Source: Nemertoderma westbladi
Lineage: Eukaryota > Animalia > Xenacoelomorpha
DNA length: 64,000 bases
NCBI GenBank assembly: GCA_032718475.1
Contig: JAUCBJ010008828.1
Coordinates: 1 to 64,000 of the forward strand
Reading direction: 5' to 3'
Below, in pieces: positions 48,062-60,070 of the stretch. The position numbers and the translations under genes were made by a program. The notes under the pieces were generated by a model that did no database searches, was not told the origin of the DNA, and worked only from the letters and a program-made list of their open reading frames with translations. Every line of letters begins with the position of its first letter. Positions within the stretch are counted from its first letter, which is position 1.

Positions 48062-48449
48062 ATGACCTACTACACCAACTGTATTATCACAATTCTGTTG
48101 GGCACAGCTTTGCAAAGTCGGCAATGACGTCCATGTGGGATCGAACTGGTGACCTTAGAGTTGGAAGTCTGACGCTCTAGTCTCTTTCCAACGACATGTT
48201 ATAGTAGGTCATCGTGCTACCTCCCCTCCCTCTCTTAAGTATTTAGCATAAACTCTCTAATAATAACTCAAATTTTCCGAAGCACACCCATTACGGTTCG
48301 CTGTTAACTCAGTACACATCCTTTATACTTTCCAATAAGGTTTCTCTAATTATTCAATCAATTTTGTTGATATTAAACATTCTCATTTAGCGATATTCTA
48401 TATTACTTTTCATTATGTTATGTTAATATCCCATTATTTACTTAATTAA

Positions 48450-49398
48450 TGTGACGGGATCCTGGTTGGCCTGGGATGCCCCCCCCCCCCCCCCTTTTTT
48501 TTTTTTACTTAGTGGTGCCTTTCCTACTTGCTGCCGCTCTAGAAGACTGACTGGCCGTAGGCCTGATAAAACTAGAGTTATGAGATTGCCGATAATATTA
48601 TAATAGTCTCAATAGTGTAGTTTACCGGTACAATATACTGTAGCACAAAGTCAGTAGTGTGGTATACGACATGCAGTGAAAACGGTTCACCTTCTTTACA
48701 GAGTCAATTGCCAACTGGTTACATAATGCACGTGATCGTTAATATAGGGAAAAATATATTGCCTATCTATCACATCTTTATAGTCCCATTGGCCTGTGGA
48801 TTTAATGTCTTATTATATTAGATATTATACTGTATTATAATACAGTATAAATTAATTAGTATTTTCAGTCTTTTTCGAGGTGATACGAGGTTGATTGCCA
48901 ATCAACCTCGTATCACCCCAATAACCGGGGCGACAAACCCCAAAGGGACACACACAGCGGGGGTCAGAGGTTACACCTCCGGGAGGGAGAGAGTGACAGC
49001 AGCCGGGGGAAACACTCCCAGAGAGATGGGAGGGCGAGAATTGGGTTATTAGCCAATGGGGGGGAGGCATCCACTGAGTAATGTAATACGGCCAACCAGT
49101 GCAATATATTACCAGTTATTGTTCCTCATTTATTTCACTCAGTTAGTCAGTTTAGTTAGGACAGAACGGTGACTTCTATTACCGTCCACTGCCGCCATCA
49201 TTCACTTATACTTTACCGGTACATTATTTCTTCACTCCAACAACTGTGTCTATGCTTATTCTATATCAGTCATATTATTCTATATCAGTCGACAAGATCA
49301 GAACTCTCAATCCAACTATAATAACTCTTTTCACTCACACGGCGGGGACGCGTAAATAGAACCACCGGGATAAATCGGGATTCTCGGATCCCGTCACA
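48450..49398 (+). mobile_element. Solo-LTR-like element related to BEL element 1 LTR (partial second copy at 56957-57307)
   Basis: TGTGACGGGATCC...GGATCCCGTCACA ends. The 3' ~500 bp aligns by eye to the sense strand of the element 1 LTR (GGCCAACC.GTGCAATATA, ACACGGCGGGGACGCGTAAA, GGATAAATCGGGAT). Confidence 0.8.
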
Positions 49399-50140
49399 AA
49401 GTCCAAGAAGTCCACCAGAATTAAAGTGATTTATACATAAACTAAACTACGAGATGATAGTGTCGTATAAATTTAATTAAAGTTCTTCCTTCATATTACT
49501 CTATCTACCTTATCATATTCGCTGTACTGCATAATTTTATTAATTTAGAGTAGAGGGATATGAGAGAATGTTGGACGTTATAATTCCCTCATAGTTGTTG
49601 TATCTATTGATTCGGTCTTCAAGAAATCCCGTGTATAACTACACCGCATTGTATATGTTGGTATCTGACTACAGTGTTCTATAGAAGCTGTAGATACACT
49701 CAGCATGATACGAATAACATTTAGATAGCACACTATGAACGACCCAATGTGTTGGATTAAATATATAATTATGTAACAAATAACATTTAAATCCGGTGTA
49801 AGATTTAATTAGACGGACTACTGGAGCTACAATATGTCGTTTCATTTACTCATTGAGAACTTTAAACCTCAGAATTACACCTCAGAAGTATTTATTTTGA
49901 GTAAAATACCGGTTAAATTTCTTTAGAAATTGTCGTTTCATTATTGATTATAAATTTAAGATATTATATATAAATTAAATACATTTTTTAAGAGAATCAG
50001 CACCCCATAGTGGGGTAAATATATTCTTATTGTTACTGCACAAAACTGAATTGATAAGGATATTGGAAACAGCAATAACACAGTAATAATACCATATCTG
50101 TACGGTGCATTATAAAGTTAATAAAATAATTTAGAGTAAA

Positions 50141-53100
50141 CTACTACTAGGTCGAGCGAACTCGGACAGTGGAAATGAGATCCTTCCAGGCTTCCCGATT
50201 CTCCATAGTTGTCGCAATTTCGTTTCTCTCAAGTTCAGTATCCCTTTCAAGTTGATCTATATATGTTATGGCAGGTCGTCCACGACTACGCTTTCCATGA
50301 GTTGGTTGCCAGAGAAGTAGATCTGGTATGACCTCGTCTTTACTTCGCCAGCAGTGCCCACTGAATCTTAATCTGCGTTCACGGAGGGTGGTTGATACAG
50401 GTGGTATTGTACCATAAAGCTCGGCGTTTGTCATGTGTTGTCTCCAGCTGATGTTTAGGGCTGCCCTTAGTAGTCTTGTGTAGCAACCATCAATTCGTTG
50501 TTCAAGTGATTTAGTCAGTGTCCAGGTCTCACCGCCGTATAAAAATACACTTTCCACTGTGGCTCGAAAGAACTTAGTCTTCAGGTGCCTGGAGAGATCT
50601 GATTTCCAGATGGTATCCATTTTTGATAGAGCTACCCAAGCCTTTGCTTTCCTAACTTCTATGTCCTTTTTGCTACTCTCTATCCATGATCCAAGGTACT
50701 GGAAGTCATCGACCTTCCTTAGTTGATTATTATCAATGGTTGTCAAGTTTCCATCAACATTAAAGGTCATGAATTCGGTCTTGGTAGCATTTATATGTAA
50801 TCCAACCTCCTTAGCAGCCCTCTCCACTTTATTTAGTAGAAGCTGTGCATCTGCTAGCGTATTAGAGAGCAGGGCGATGTCATCCGCAAAGTCGGTGTCT
50901 GTGACTGTAGTTGCCGGATATCTACTACTTCTGCGTTCTTGAAGTGTGAATCCCAGATCTTCACCCTTTGTGGCCGTCCTCATTGCGTAATCCAGCACAA
51001 TTACAAATAGTAATGGTGCTAATGTGTCACCTTGCAGTACGCCAGCCAGGATTGAGAAAAACTCAGTTTCACCATCTGGTGAGAGTACCTGCGCTTCTGT
51101 GTCACAATATAACAATCCAATGCCAGCAACAATTACTTCTGGTATTCCATAAGCTCTTAGGATTTCAAGCATTTTACCTCTATGGATGGAGTCGAATGCC
51201 TTCTTGAAGTCCACAAAAGTCATGACTGCGGGGAGATTCTTTGACTTAATTCCTTCAATCAGTCTCCGTAGTGCAAGTATCTGAGCTATTGTTGATCTAC
51301 TTGGTCGAAATCCGTTTTGGCTCTTACGCAGTAGTTTCTCTATGTGAGGCCTAATCCTATATAGAATCATTTTATTGTATATTTTGGCAGCTACCACAAG
51401 CAGACAGATCCCACGATAGTTTGTTGGTATGCCGAGGTCTCCTTTCTTGGGGAGAGGCTTTAGTTGACCTTTAGTCCAAATTGGTGGTGGCTTTTCCCCT
51501 TTTAACATCCGGTTGCAAACATTCAATAATGGTCTATTTAGCACTCCGGTTTTCCATACCTCCGCTGGGATTTCATCTAATCCACTCGCTTTATTATTGG
51601 ACATGCTTTTAATGCTTCTTTGGAGTTCGGCAGGTGTGAAGTCCCCTGTTTCTATAGGTAGTGTCTTGTCATATATTTTCCTTGTAGGGCTGACCTCGAT
51701 GTTTGGTGGCTGCCCAAGCAAGTTGCTGAAGTGATTTTTCCACTTCCCAACACGTTCTTCAGGACTATCGGCTTTGAGGCGCCCCTTTGCACAACTTTTC
51801 CGACCAGATACCTCATTTACAGTTTGCCAGGTAAGTCTTGATTGTTGCTGTATGTGAGCAGTTGTAATTGCTTCAGTTTTATCCTGTATGTACTTTTCCT
51901 GGCTGATGTTGTAGGCCAATTTAAGATCGTCCTTAGCTTTCTCAACCTTGTTAATGTTTTCGGTTGTTGGTTGTTCGGTTTTAACTTTGTAGGCTATCTT
52001 AAGATCTTCTCTCTTACAAGTAACCTCAGAGTTTTGCCATGGCACATACTGTTTTCGTTTAGGTTTCTGGGGGATATGCCTCTTAGCTGATTCCTTGTGG
52101 GCTGTTATTATATTCTGGTATATTGAATCGGTGGATTGGTCTTCATCCATTGACTGAAGTGCTTCAAAGCGGTTTCGAACTTCTACTGTATAAGCATCCT
52201 TTACAGCATTGTCAGTTCTGAGTTTCTCCCAGTCATAGTTGATTTGCTTGCTTGTCCTGGGTTTGCTGGCTCTCAAACTGAGTCTGATCTCTGCAGTCAC
52301 AATTCTGTGGTCCGAACCAATTAGGTTGAACGAGCTGTATGCCTCGCAGTTGATCATGCTATTTCGCCACTTTTTGTTTATAAGGATGTAATCCAGTTGT
52401 GCTTTGGTTCCATTAGGGTATTGAAAGGTCCATAGCTTCCCCTTACTCTTTTCGAATGTGTTGTTTGTTGGTATCAATTCACATTCTTCCATTAGGTCTA
52501 AAAGTAAGTACCCATTTCTGTTAGAACTGGTGTTATAGGTGTAACCCTTGATGTCTTCTGGGCCAATTTGCGCATTCAGGTCACCAGCAATGACTTTAAC
52601 ATTGTGTTTCGGGATGTCCTTAATAAGTCCAGTCAGTTCTTCATAAAACTTGACTGCTTGTTCTGGCTCTGATGCATTGGTTGGACTGTAGCAACATATA
52701 ACTGTTGTCTTGGGATTCCCATCAAATGTTGCGATCATAACCCTGGAATTTATAGATTCGATGTTGTTTAGGGTCTTAAGTGCAAATGGGCTTAGCAGAA
52801 TTCCTACTCCACCAATTGATGCATTGGCCGAGTTTCTTACTGCTGAGCTTGTTACTAACGTCCATCCATTTCCAATGTCATTGTACTTCATGGCAGTGTC
52901 TTCATGACAAATCCGATGTTCTTGGATGCAGATGATGTCGATGTTATATTCCATTGCCAGAGCGACCATGTCACCCTGTTTGCTCTGTGCTTTCAGCGTG
53001 CGTGCGTTCATTGTAGCAATCTTTAGTGTCTTTTTACATTTCAACAGGTTGGTTCTTCTTTCTTCTCTGTCTTCTGTTCCAGTAGCCAATTTATCGACCC

Positions 53101-53502
53101 CAGCCTGGTGTACCACTGAGGGACGCGGTCCTTGTTGACCCGGGCGACGACCGAGCCGGTATTTCTCCTGGAGGGTTCTCATACTCATATCTTTCAGTTG
53201 CGGGAGTAAACCGCTTGTGGTCGCAACTCCTACAAGCGTCTTCGCAGTAGGCCGCCGTTGGTTGATTACCTTCCGCCGACCTTGTCAGCATGTCTAGCCG
53301 TTGGTTGATTACCTTCCGCCTATTCATGGCCTACAGCCCTGCTGCCGACTGTAGGGGTCCATTTGTTACACCCTGAACCAAGTGTGCCTCCTGGGTTAGG
53401 TTACCTAACACTGGTAGAGGAGCATCCAGTATAGACAGGGCGGGGCTTGTATCATCTCTAATGCAGATGCGTATCAAGCCTTTGCCTTCAATTTTGCCTT
53501 TT
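50141..53502 (-). mobile_element. Full-length RTE-clade LINE with 11-bp TSD
   Basis: TTTAGAGTAAA duplicated at 50130-50140 and 53503-53513. Empty site visible in the paralog at ~44861. (TAG)3 tail. Confidence 0.96.
50147..53188 (-). CDS. RTE ORF: APE endonuclease + reverse transcriptase, intact (1013 aa)
   Basis: ATMNARTL, IQEHR, YSPT, GDLNA, LDYI, SDH; QNGFRP, DFKKAFD, GVLQGDTLAP, DFADD, FQYLGS. Confidence 0.96.
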   Translation of the reverse strand: MSMRTLQEKYRLGRRPGQQGPRPSVVHQAGVDKLATGTEDREERRTNLLKCKKTLKIATMNARTLKAQSKQGDMVALAMEYNIDIICIQEHRICHEDTAMKYNDIGNGWTLVTSSAVRNSANASIGGVGILLSPFALKTLNNIESINSRVMIATFDGNPKTTVICCYSPTNASEPEQAVKFYEELTGLIKDIPKHNVKVIAGDLNAQIGPEDIKGYTYNTSSNRNGYLLLDLMEECELIPTNNTFEKSKGKLWTFQYPNGTKAQLDYILINKKWRNSMINCEAYSSFNLIGSDHRIVTAEIRLSLRASKPRTSKQINYDWEKLRTDNAVKDAYTVEVRNRFEALQSMDEDQSTDSIYQNIITAHKESAKRHIPQKPKRKQYVPWQNSEVTCKREDLKIAYKVKTEQPTTENINKVEKAKDDLKLAYNISQEKYIQDKTEAITTAHIQQQSRLTWQTVNEVSGRKSCAKGRLKADSPEERVGKWKNHFSNLLGQPPNIEVSPTRKIYDKTLPIETGDFTPAELQRSIKSMSNNKASGLDEIPAEVWKTGVLNRPLLNVCNRMLKGEKPPPIWTKGQLKPLPKKGDLGIPTNYRGICLLVVAAKIYNKMILYRIRPHIEKLLRKSQNGFRPSRSTIAQILALRRLIEGIKSKNLPAVMTFVDFKKAFDSIHRGKMLEILRAYGIPEVIVAGIGLLYCDTEAQVLSPDGETEFFSILAGVLQGDTLAPLLFVIVLDYAMRTATKGEDLGFTLQERRSSRYPATTVTDTDFADDIALLSNTLADAQLLLNKVERAAKEVGLHINATKTEFMTFNVDGNLTTIDNNQLRKVDDFQYLGSWIESSKKDIEVRKAKAWVALSKMDTIWKSDLSRHLKTKFFRATVESVFLYGGETWTLTKSLEQRIDGCYTRLLRAALNISWRQHMTNAELYGTIPPVSTTLRERRLRFSGHCWRSKDEVIPDLLLWQPTHGKRSRGRPAITYIDQLERDTELERNEIATTMENREAWKDLISTVRVRST

Positions 53503-54345
53503 TTTAGAGTAAAAGGCCATGCAATAAAGTTATTAAAGATTATTATTTATAAATATATTAAATAACAACAAAAGAAGACTATTGTTTGTTTTATTGCATG
53601 CTCAGGCAGCTAGAATTATATTTAATTTTAAATTAAATGCGGGGGGGGGGGGGGGGGGGGGGTGTACACCATTTTTGGACAACTCTTCGATTTATCACTG
53701 CCAGCGTTTCAAATTTTTTTGGTTTTGGCTATAATTTGGAATAAAGTTACCTAAGATGCTATTCTACATGATAGCTCAGAAAAATTTTATTTTTGGCTAT
53801 TTATATTATTTAAAGCTACAATTAACAATGAAAAAACGTGGTTGCTAAGAGGAGTTTTTTTATAAATAGTATTAAATGTTATTAACTAAAAATTTCAAAA
53901 AGTTGTCTATACTTTTATGCAGGGTTGCTATGTAGACAGACATTTGTAGAAGTAGTAGGGTTATGAAGTTGACAATTTCCCAAAAAAATATTTGGCGATA
54001 ATAGATCGTTCATTATGCATAGTAATAGTAATTTCAATAGGTCTCCCTTAATGGAGATAGCTATAACTTGAAAAAGTAAAAGAGCTATTAAATAGCCCCC
54101 CCCCCCCCGACCCCCCTTAATTAGTTATAACTGAGTATGGAATGGTGATATAGAATTACAATGAATTGCAGAAGTTACCAGAATTACAGAAGCCACCTGG
54201 ACTAACAATTATATAATAACATCATTGTAAAAAATAATATTGTTTAATTTAATTCTTCAACATTTTAACTGGTAAATTTGTATCAAATAATGAACTACTA
54301 ACATCGATTTAATCCACTTCCATGGATAATGAGTGATTCATTAAA

Positions 54346-55052
54346 ATGATAATCATTATTGTTCTGCTTGTTACATTCCACACGGTAGCCACTCAGCTGA
54401 GTAACAACACAACCTCGCAGAAGACCACCACTGGTACACAACTCAGAATACCGGTCACACATGCCCCGAAGGTAGAAATTGGACACTGTCCTCAAAAAAC
54501 ATCGAGTTGCAAGAGATTTATGAAGCCAGGCTGCATAAGTTTATGAAAGCCAACGATTTAATTAAACCGGTTATCGACTGGTATGGCTGCCACACTTGTT
54601 CACTCATATCTGTGGTATTCAGTGCGTGGTCCGCTGAATACAAGGCTGATATTACATTCGAAGTAGAAGATTCATGGTGCTACTATGAAGAATATAAAGG
54701 CAACTGTCTACCTATGCCTGAAACAGGTTGTCTCTATTTTGCGAACGTGGTACTTCCAGAACATAAACCTGACCCAGACGACCCAAATGCTGTGAATCTC
54801 TTTGGGTTGATATCATATTACAACTACCTCCAGCTGGCACTCACTGTAACACACGAGACTTGCCAGTCTCAGTGCTGCAACGATGCGGCTTGCCCAGCTC
54901 CCGTATGGACTCACGAGAAAACCTCTACATCAGAAACCACAACCGAATACGTGCCGTTCACCTGGGGAAACGGATCGGCTAATGTCAACCAAATGGTGAC
55001 GTCTCACCTGGCTTGGGTCATCATTGTTGCCATAGTTCTCAGAGCGTTCTAG
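54346..55052 (+). CDS. Ly6/uPAR-like GPI-anchored protein, copy 2; same frame split
   Basis: Translation identical to copy 1 in both frames. Confidence 0.7.
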
Positions 55053-57307
55053 AATATAGGCCTACCTGAAGCTAAAACTTCAATAAATAAACAATCCATT
55101 TGGATCCTACATATTCTAGGAACAAAAACCGTCTAGAAATCACTTCTAGAAATATTTATCGGAAATTCTTTATGGTGATTGATTCCAATTTCAAAGGTTG
55201 TGGGTTCGATTTATTATCCGGCAAAATATGTTTATTATATATCTTCAATAATTATTTCAGGGGTGGGGGGGGGGGGGGGGGGGGGTAGCACCCCCAAACA
55301 GAACCTCACATTTTGTTGTCTCTGAACCCTAAAATTGGATGAAAATTATTTTTTGTGATACTAAACATCGTCTGGGGTGAAGTTTATGAATAGCCAAAGG
55401 AAATATTTTTAATCTGGCCTCAAAATGGCACTGCAATTGTGCCAAAAGTGCCTTTTGCGCCAAACACAATTTCAGAATATAAGTTCAGAAGAATCCTGCA
55501 ACCAATTCTTATATTTTTGGCCCTTTGATCTAAAGAGGCTCCGGAGCGTTTGAGGCAAAATTTGTTCAGAATTTATTGTCAAAGGTATTTTGAATAAGTG
55601 TACCAAATTTCAACTCATTTATAGTTTTAGGAACAATTTTCACATTTTTCTTTAGTCAACAATAACGAAATTTTTCATCATTGCTAAAAATATATCTAAT
55701 AAAACAACTTTGTAGTATTTTTAGTCATATACAGTATGTACCGTGAGAGCCTTTTTGATGAAAAGGACCTTATTCAATTGTAATAACTATTTACATCATT
55801 GTGTGTAAAGTAGCACTTTGCAGCGTTATGACCCGAGTTTATTTATGTACCGAGCGAGCGCAGCGAGGGAGGTTTACATAAATAACCAAGGGTCTTTAAC
55901 GCTGAAAAGTGAGATTTGCAAGCAATTATGTATGTAATTTTGTTACATTACTGTATGTCAACTTATCAGCGTTGGGTATTTTGAAGAAAAGATTTTAAGG
56001 ATACTCATTTATACATTTTAATCATGTACTATATCGAATATAAGTGAAATTTATTAACAGGTACACGGTATTAATTATACATTTAAATCGAATTAAAGTT
56101 TATTGGAAGTTATCTCCTGCATAGTTGTGATAAATCATTAATCCATCTTGACTATAGTCGACTGTAGCATACTTAGTCACTGTCTTGTGTCCGTTCAGTT
56201 TTACTGAACACTGTCTTCACTTTCTTTCCTATTTTAGTGTCTTCTATTGGACGTTTCGCCATAATGGAATACAATACACGTTAAACAATTATTATTTACA
56301 TTCAGTAGCTAGTCCTGTAGTCCCTTCACTGCAAACTGGATAATAAAGCAGCACTCATTAATATAAATGGAAATAAAAAATTCTGGAATACGGTAATTTA
56401 AGTTGTTTCCATGTCATTGATTACTTTGCAGCGTTCCGTCCTATAGGCCGCAACGAGAAACTCACCAGAACGCTGTTAAGTTGACATATATGTAACAAAA
56501 TATCGTGCTGCTAGAAGGCTTGTCAAAAATCAGACCAGCTCTTACGTTTTGGGTAATAACTTGAGTTTGAGAAACGATGAGAAAACTGCTACCATGACCT
56601 ACTACACCAACTGTATTATCACAATTCTGTTGGGCACAGCTTTGCATTGGAAGTCTGACGAACTGGTGACCTTAGAGTTGGAAGTCTGACGCTCTAGTCT
56701 CTTTCCAACGACATGTTATAGTAGGTCATCGTGCTACCTCCCCTCCCTCTCTTAAGTATTTAGCATAAACTCTCTAACTCAAATTTTCCGAAGCACACCC
56801 ATTACGGTTCGCTGTTAACTCAGTACACATCCTTTATACTTTCCAATAAGGTTTCTCTCATTATTCAATCAATTTTGTTGATATTAAACATTCTCATTTG
56901 GCGATATTCTATATTACTTTTCATTATGTTATGTTAATATCCTATTATTTACTTAAGGTGACGGGATCCTGGTTGGCCTGGGATGTCCCCCCCCCCCTTT
57001 TTTTTTTTTTTTTTTACTTAGTGGTGCCTTTCCTACTTGCTGCCGCTGTAGAAGACTGACTGGCCGTAGGCCTGATAAAACTAGAGTTATGAGATTGCCG
57101 ATATTATTATAATAGTCTCAATAGTGTAGTTTACCGGTACAATATACTGTAGCACAAAGTCAGTAGTGTGGTATACGGCATGCAGTGAAAACGGTTCCCC
57201 TTCTTTACAGAGTCAATTGCCAACTGGTTACATAATGCACGTGATCGTTAATATAGGGAAAAATATATTGCCTATCTATCATATCTATACATAGTCCCAT
57301 TGGCCTG

Positions 57308-57867
57308 TCGTGGTTGACATGTACCGAACAACAAGAGTCCCACAAGAAATGAAAACAAATAAGTTGGTGCCAGTTCCCAAGCAGGGCAACCTAACACTCT
57401 ATGGTTCTTTTCGGGGAATCTCATTGATCTCGATTGCTGCAAAGCTACACAATAGGATTCTAATAAATGGGGATCCCATTGAGAGACTGCTCCGTGGAAA
57501 TCAGAATGGGTTCCGTAAAGGTCGTGGGACCATGGAGCCCATTTTGGCACTTAGAAGGATAATTGAAGAGTTATCAAAAAAGAAAGACAGCAAGGCCTTT
57601 GATTCAGTCTCTCGCTCACGTATGTTCAGCATACTTTCATTATATGGGATTCCTGATGAATTATTGCAGCAATAAGATCAGTATACGATGGTTCGACAAC
57701 ATTTGTGTCTACTGTTGACGGTGACACAGAACCATTTGAAGTGTTATGGGGCGTCCTCCAAGGAGACACACTTGCACCATTCTTGTTCATTATTGTGGTT
57801 GACTACGTTCTACGCATGTCCTTAGATTATTATAATGATGATGGGGTGATGATAACTCCACCTACTG
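57308..57867 (+). mobile_element. RTE RT fragment (same family as 14203-16563) with internal deletions
   Basis: Near-identical to 14205-14687. Cut at 57867 by the next LTR. Confidence 0.9.
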
Positions 57868-58548
57868 TGTAAAAGCTTTTGCGTAATTAGCCGGTTATTA
57901 TCCCCGTAAAGTACTCTGTGGTTGGTTTACCAGGCATAAAAAGGCCGTGTCCTTGCTGTACTGGTGTTTTGGAGGACATAAAAGCCATTTCTTCTGTATT
58001 TGTACTTTAGAGGACATAATCTGCAATTTCGTGACGTAAAAGCTCGATACTCTTGAAAACAGTGTCGCTACCATGACGACGGCTAACGGCTGATATTGCC
58101 ACGTTGCCCCATAGCCCTGCCTTCTGTATCTGCCAATAGGATTTGAGTTGGTTTTGATTTTGACCTATCACAGATCTACTGAACTGAATTTCCTATCTGT
58201 ATGCTCATTCTCTGTGGTGGGTGAGATCTTTGTAGAATAAGGGTAGCTGGTATTCTTATAGTTATTCTTATCAGTTTTTAGTGTTGTTGGTGATTCTAAG
58301 CCAGGAAGAACGGCTTTAGCCCTACACTAGTAGGCTTAATTATAAGGACATATATCCGTTATCTGCATTTATCACAACATAACATACCATACCTAATCAA
58401 ACAACCTGTGCATACTTTATATTGTTATACTGCTATTTACTGTCAGTTCTTCATAATATGGTTGATGAATTATTATATTTGGAATAACGATAAATAACCC
58501 CGAAACCCAATATTCTTGATATACCGAAGGTAGGAGAGAAGGGTTACA
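57868..58548 (+). repeat. Putative 5' LTR of BEL/Pao element 2
   Basis: Starts TGTAA exactly where RTE homology stops and ends TTACA (terminal inverted match). The partner LTR is outside the window, so the right boundary is inferred. Confidence 0.65.
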
Positions 58549-59221
58549 TATAACAATTGTGACTTATGTTAAAGTGGTTTGAAGTGAATCTAATGTTATT
58601 TGATAGACCCTACATGATTCGGTCCGTGTTCCTTTTATATGTGACTAAAATCAGTGAAGATCGGCAGATTAGTGTGCAGTATTGTGCAGCATTGTGTATG
58701 AGTGAGACTGATAACGAAGCATTTCCTAAAGAATGCGCCATATATGTGAATTGTAACTAAGCCATATCGTTGTGAGTAGTTTAAGTCATAACTCTGTTTA
58801 TATAGATAGAGCGCCACGTCCTAAAGGAACTGTTAATATTCCCCGAAGGTGAATAATATTGTCAGAGATTATATAATACTGTCAGTCGAATAATACATTA
58901 GGCTTACATAGCAATACGATTAAGCTGTCGAAATCAATCTCCCGGGTATATCCAACGGGTGAATGATCGCGCACAGATTGGTTTCAACTAGTGTAGTGAA
59001 TCAAATACTTGTTAGAGGCTAAAGCGATTTATTATCTAGAAGACATCCTAATTTGGCGGGTTAAACTGCCAAAGGTCTGAAAGCGCGAACAATAACGGAT
59101 ATTTAGTCTGTATTGCAGTGTAGGCATTAAATACAGTTTAATATTGTTCTGGTAAGAACAATAACGGATATAGCTTCTTTATTGCAGTAAGCAATAAAGT
59201 TGAAAGTACCGGTTGACCGGT

Positions 59222-60070
59222 AAACCTGAACCGGTACTTCTGTAGGTCAGTAGGCCCAACTGCCAGAACCGGTACTGCTGTAGATCCGTAGGTCCAACTG
59301 TCAGAACCGGTACTTCTGTAGGTCCGTAGGCCCAACTGTCCTAACCGGTACTTCCAGTATAAGTACAATAGTATTATTCGATTGTGATATATTGTATATT
59401 GTAGGCTGCTAAGGGATTAGGGATTGATCAACCCTTATTCCTTTGTATGGTTTACTTATTTCTGTCAGTTTTATTTGTTTGTAGGCCAATATTGAGCAGA
59501 AGGCGTGTAAGCCTGATCAGATTGTACAGACAATTTGTAGGCTGAGCTGTTGTCTGATTGCTGTTAAGTCCGAACGGATTGCAGTGTGTGTAGATCACCT
59601 GTCCGATAAAGAACGGTTAGGAAGTAGGGGCAGCCAATACTGTAAGGTAAACCCCCAACTAAAGAATAAGTCGTACTACTGGGTTAGAACGCATACTACC
59701 TAATCATTTCGGAGTCTGCATGTCCTGTAGTTTATTTGGGCTTGAGAGTAGTCTGCCATCGTTTAGTCTGTACTTTGTTTGTGTAGTCGGTACAGGTAGC
59801 GTATAATATTTTATTTAGATAATTTGTAGGCTGGATAGTTGTCTGGCTGATTGTTGGGTTTGAGGAAATTTCGGTGTGTGTAAAGCATCTGTCCGATAAA
59901 GAACGGTTAGGAAGTAGGGGCAGCAAAAGCTGTAAGGTAAACCCCCATCTAAAGAATAAGTCGTACTACTGGGTTAGAACGCATACTACTTAACCATTTC
60001 GGAGTCTACATATACCGTAGTTTGTTTAAGCTTGATAGTAGTCTGTCAGTATTTGGTCTGCATTTTGTTT
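59222..60070 (+). repeat. Repeats in the long 5' leader of BEL element 2 (38-bp x ~3.5 at 59222-59355; ~300-bp duplication ~59530-59770 / ~59820-60065)
   Basis: GAACCGGTACTTCTGTAGGTC.GTAGG.CCAACTG units; CTGTCCGATAAAGAACGGTTAGGAAGTAGGGGCAGC occurs twice. Confidence 0.85.

Larger units (their letters stand above)
44019..57307 (+). repeat. Tandem segmental duplication: copy 1 44019-49402, copy 2 49403-57307 (copy 2 expanded by an RTE insertion and truncated)
   Basis: Both copies start CCAAGAAGTCCACCAGAATTAAAG and are colinear through the gene, the DNA element and into the LTR-like element. Confidence 0.95.
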
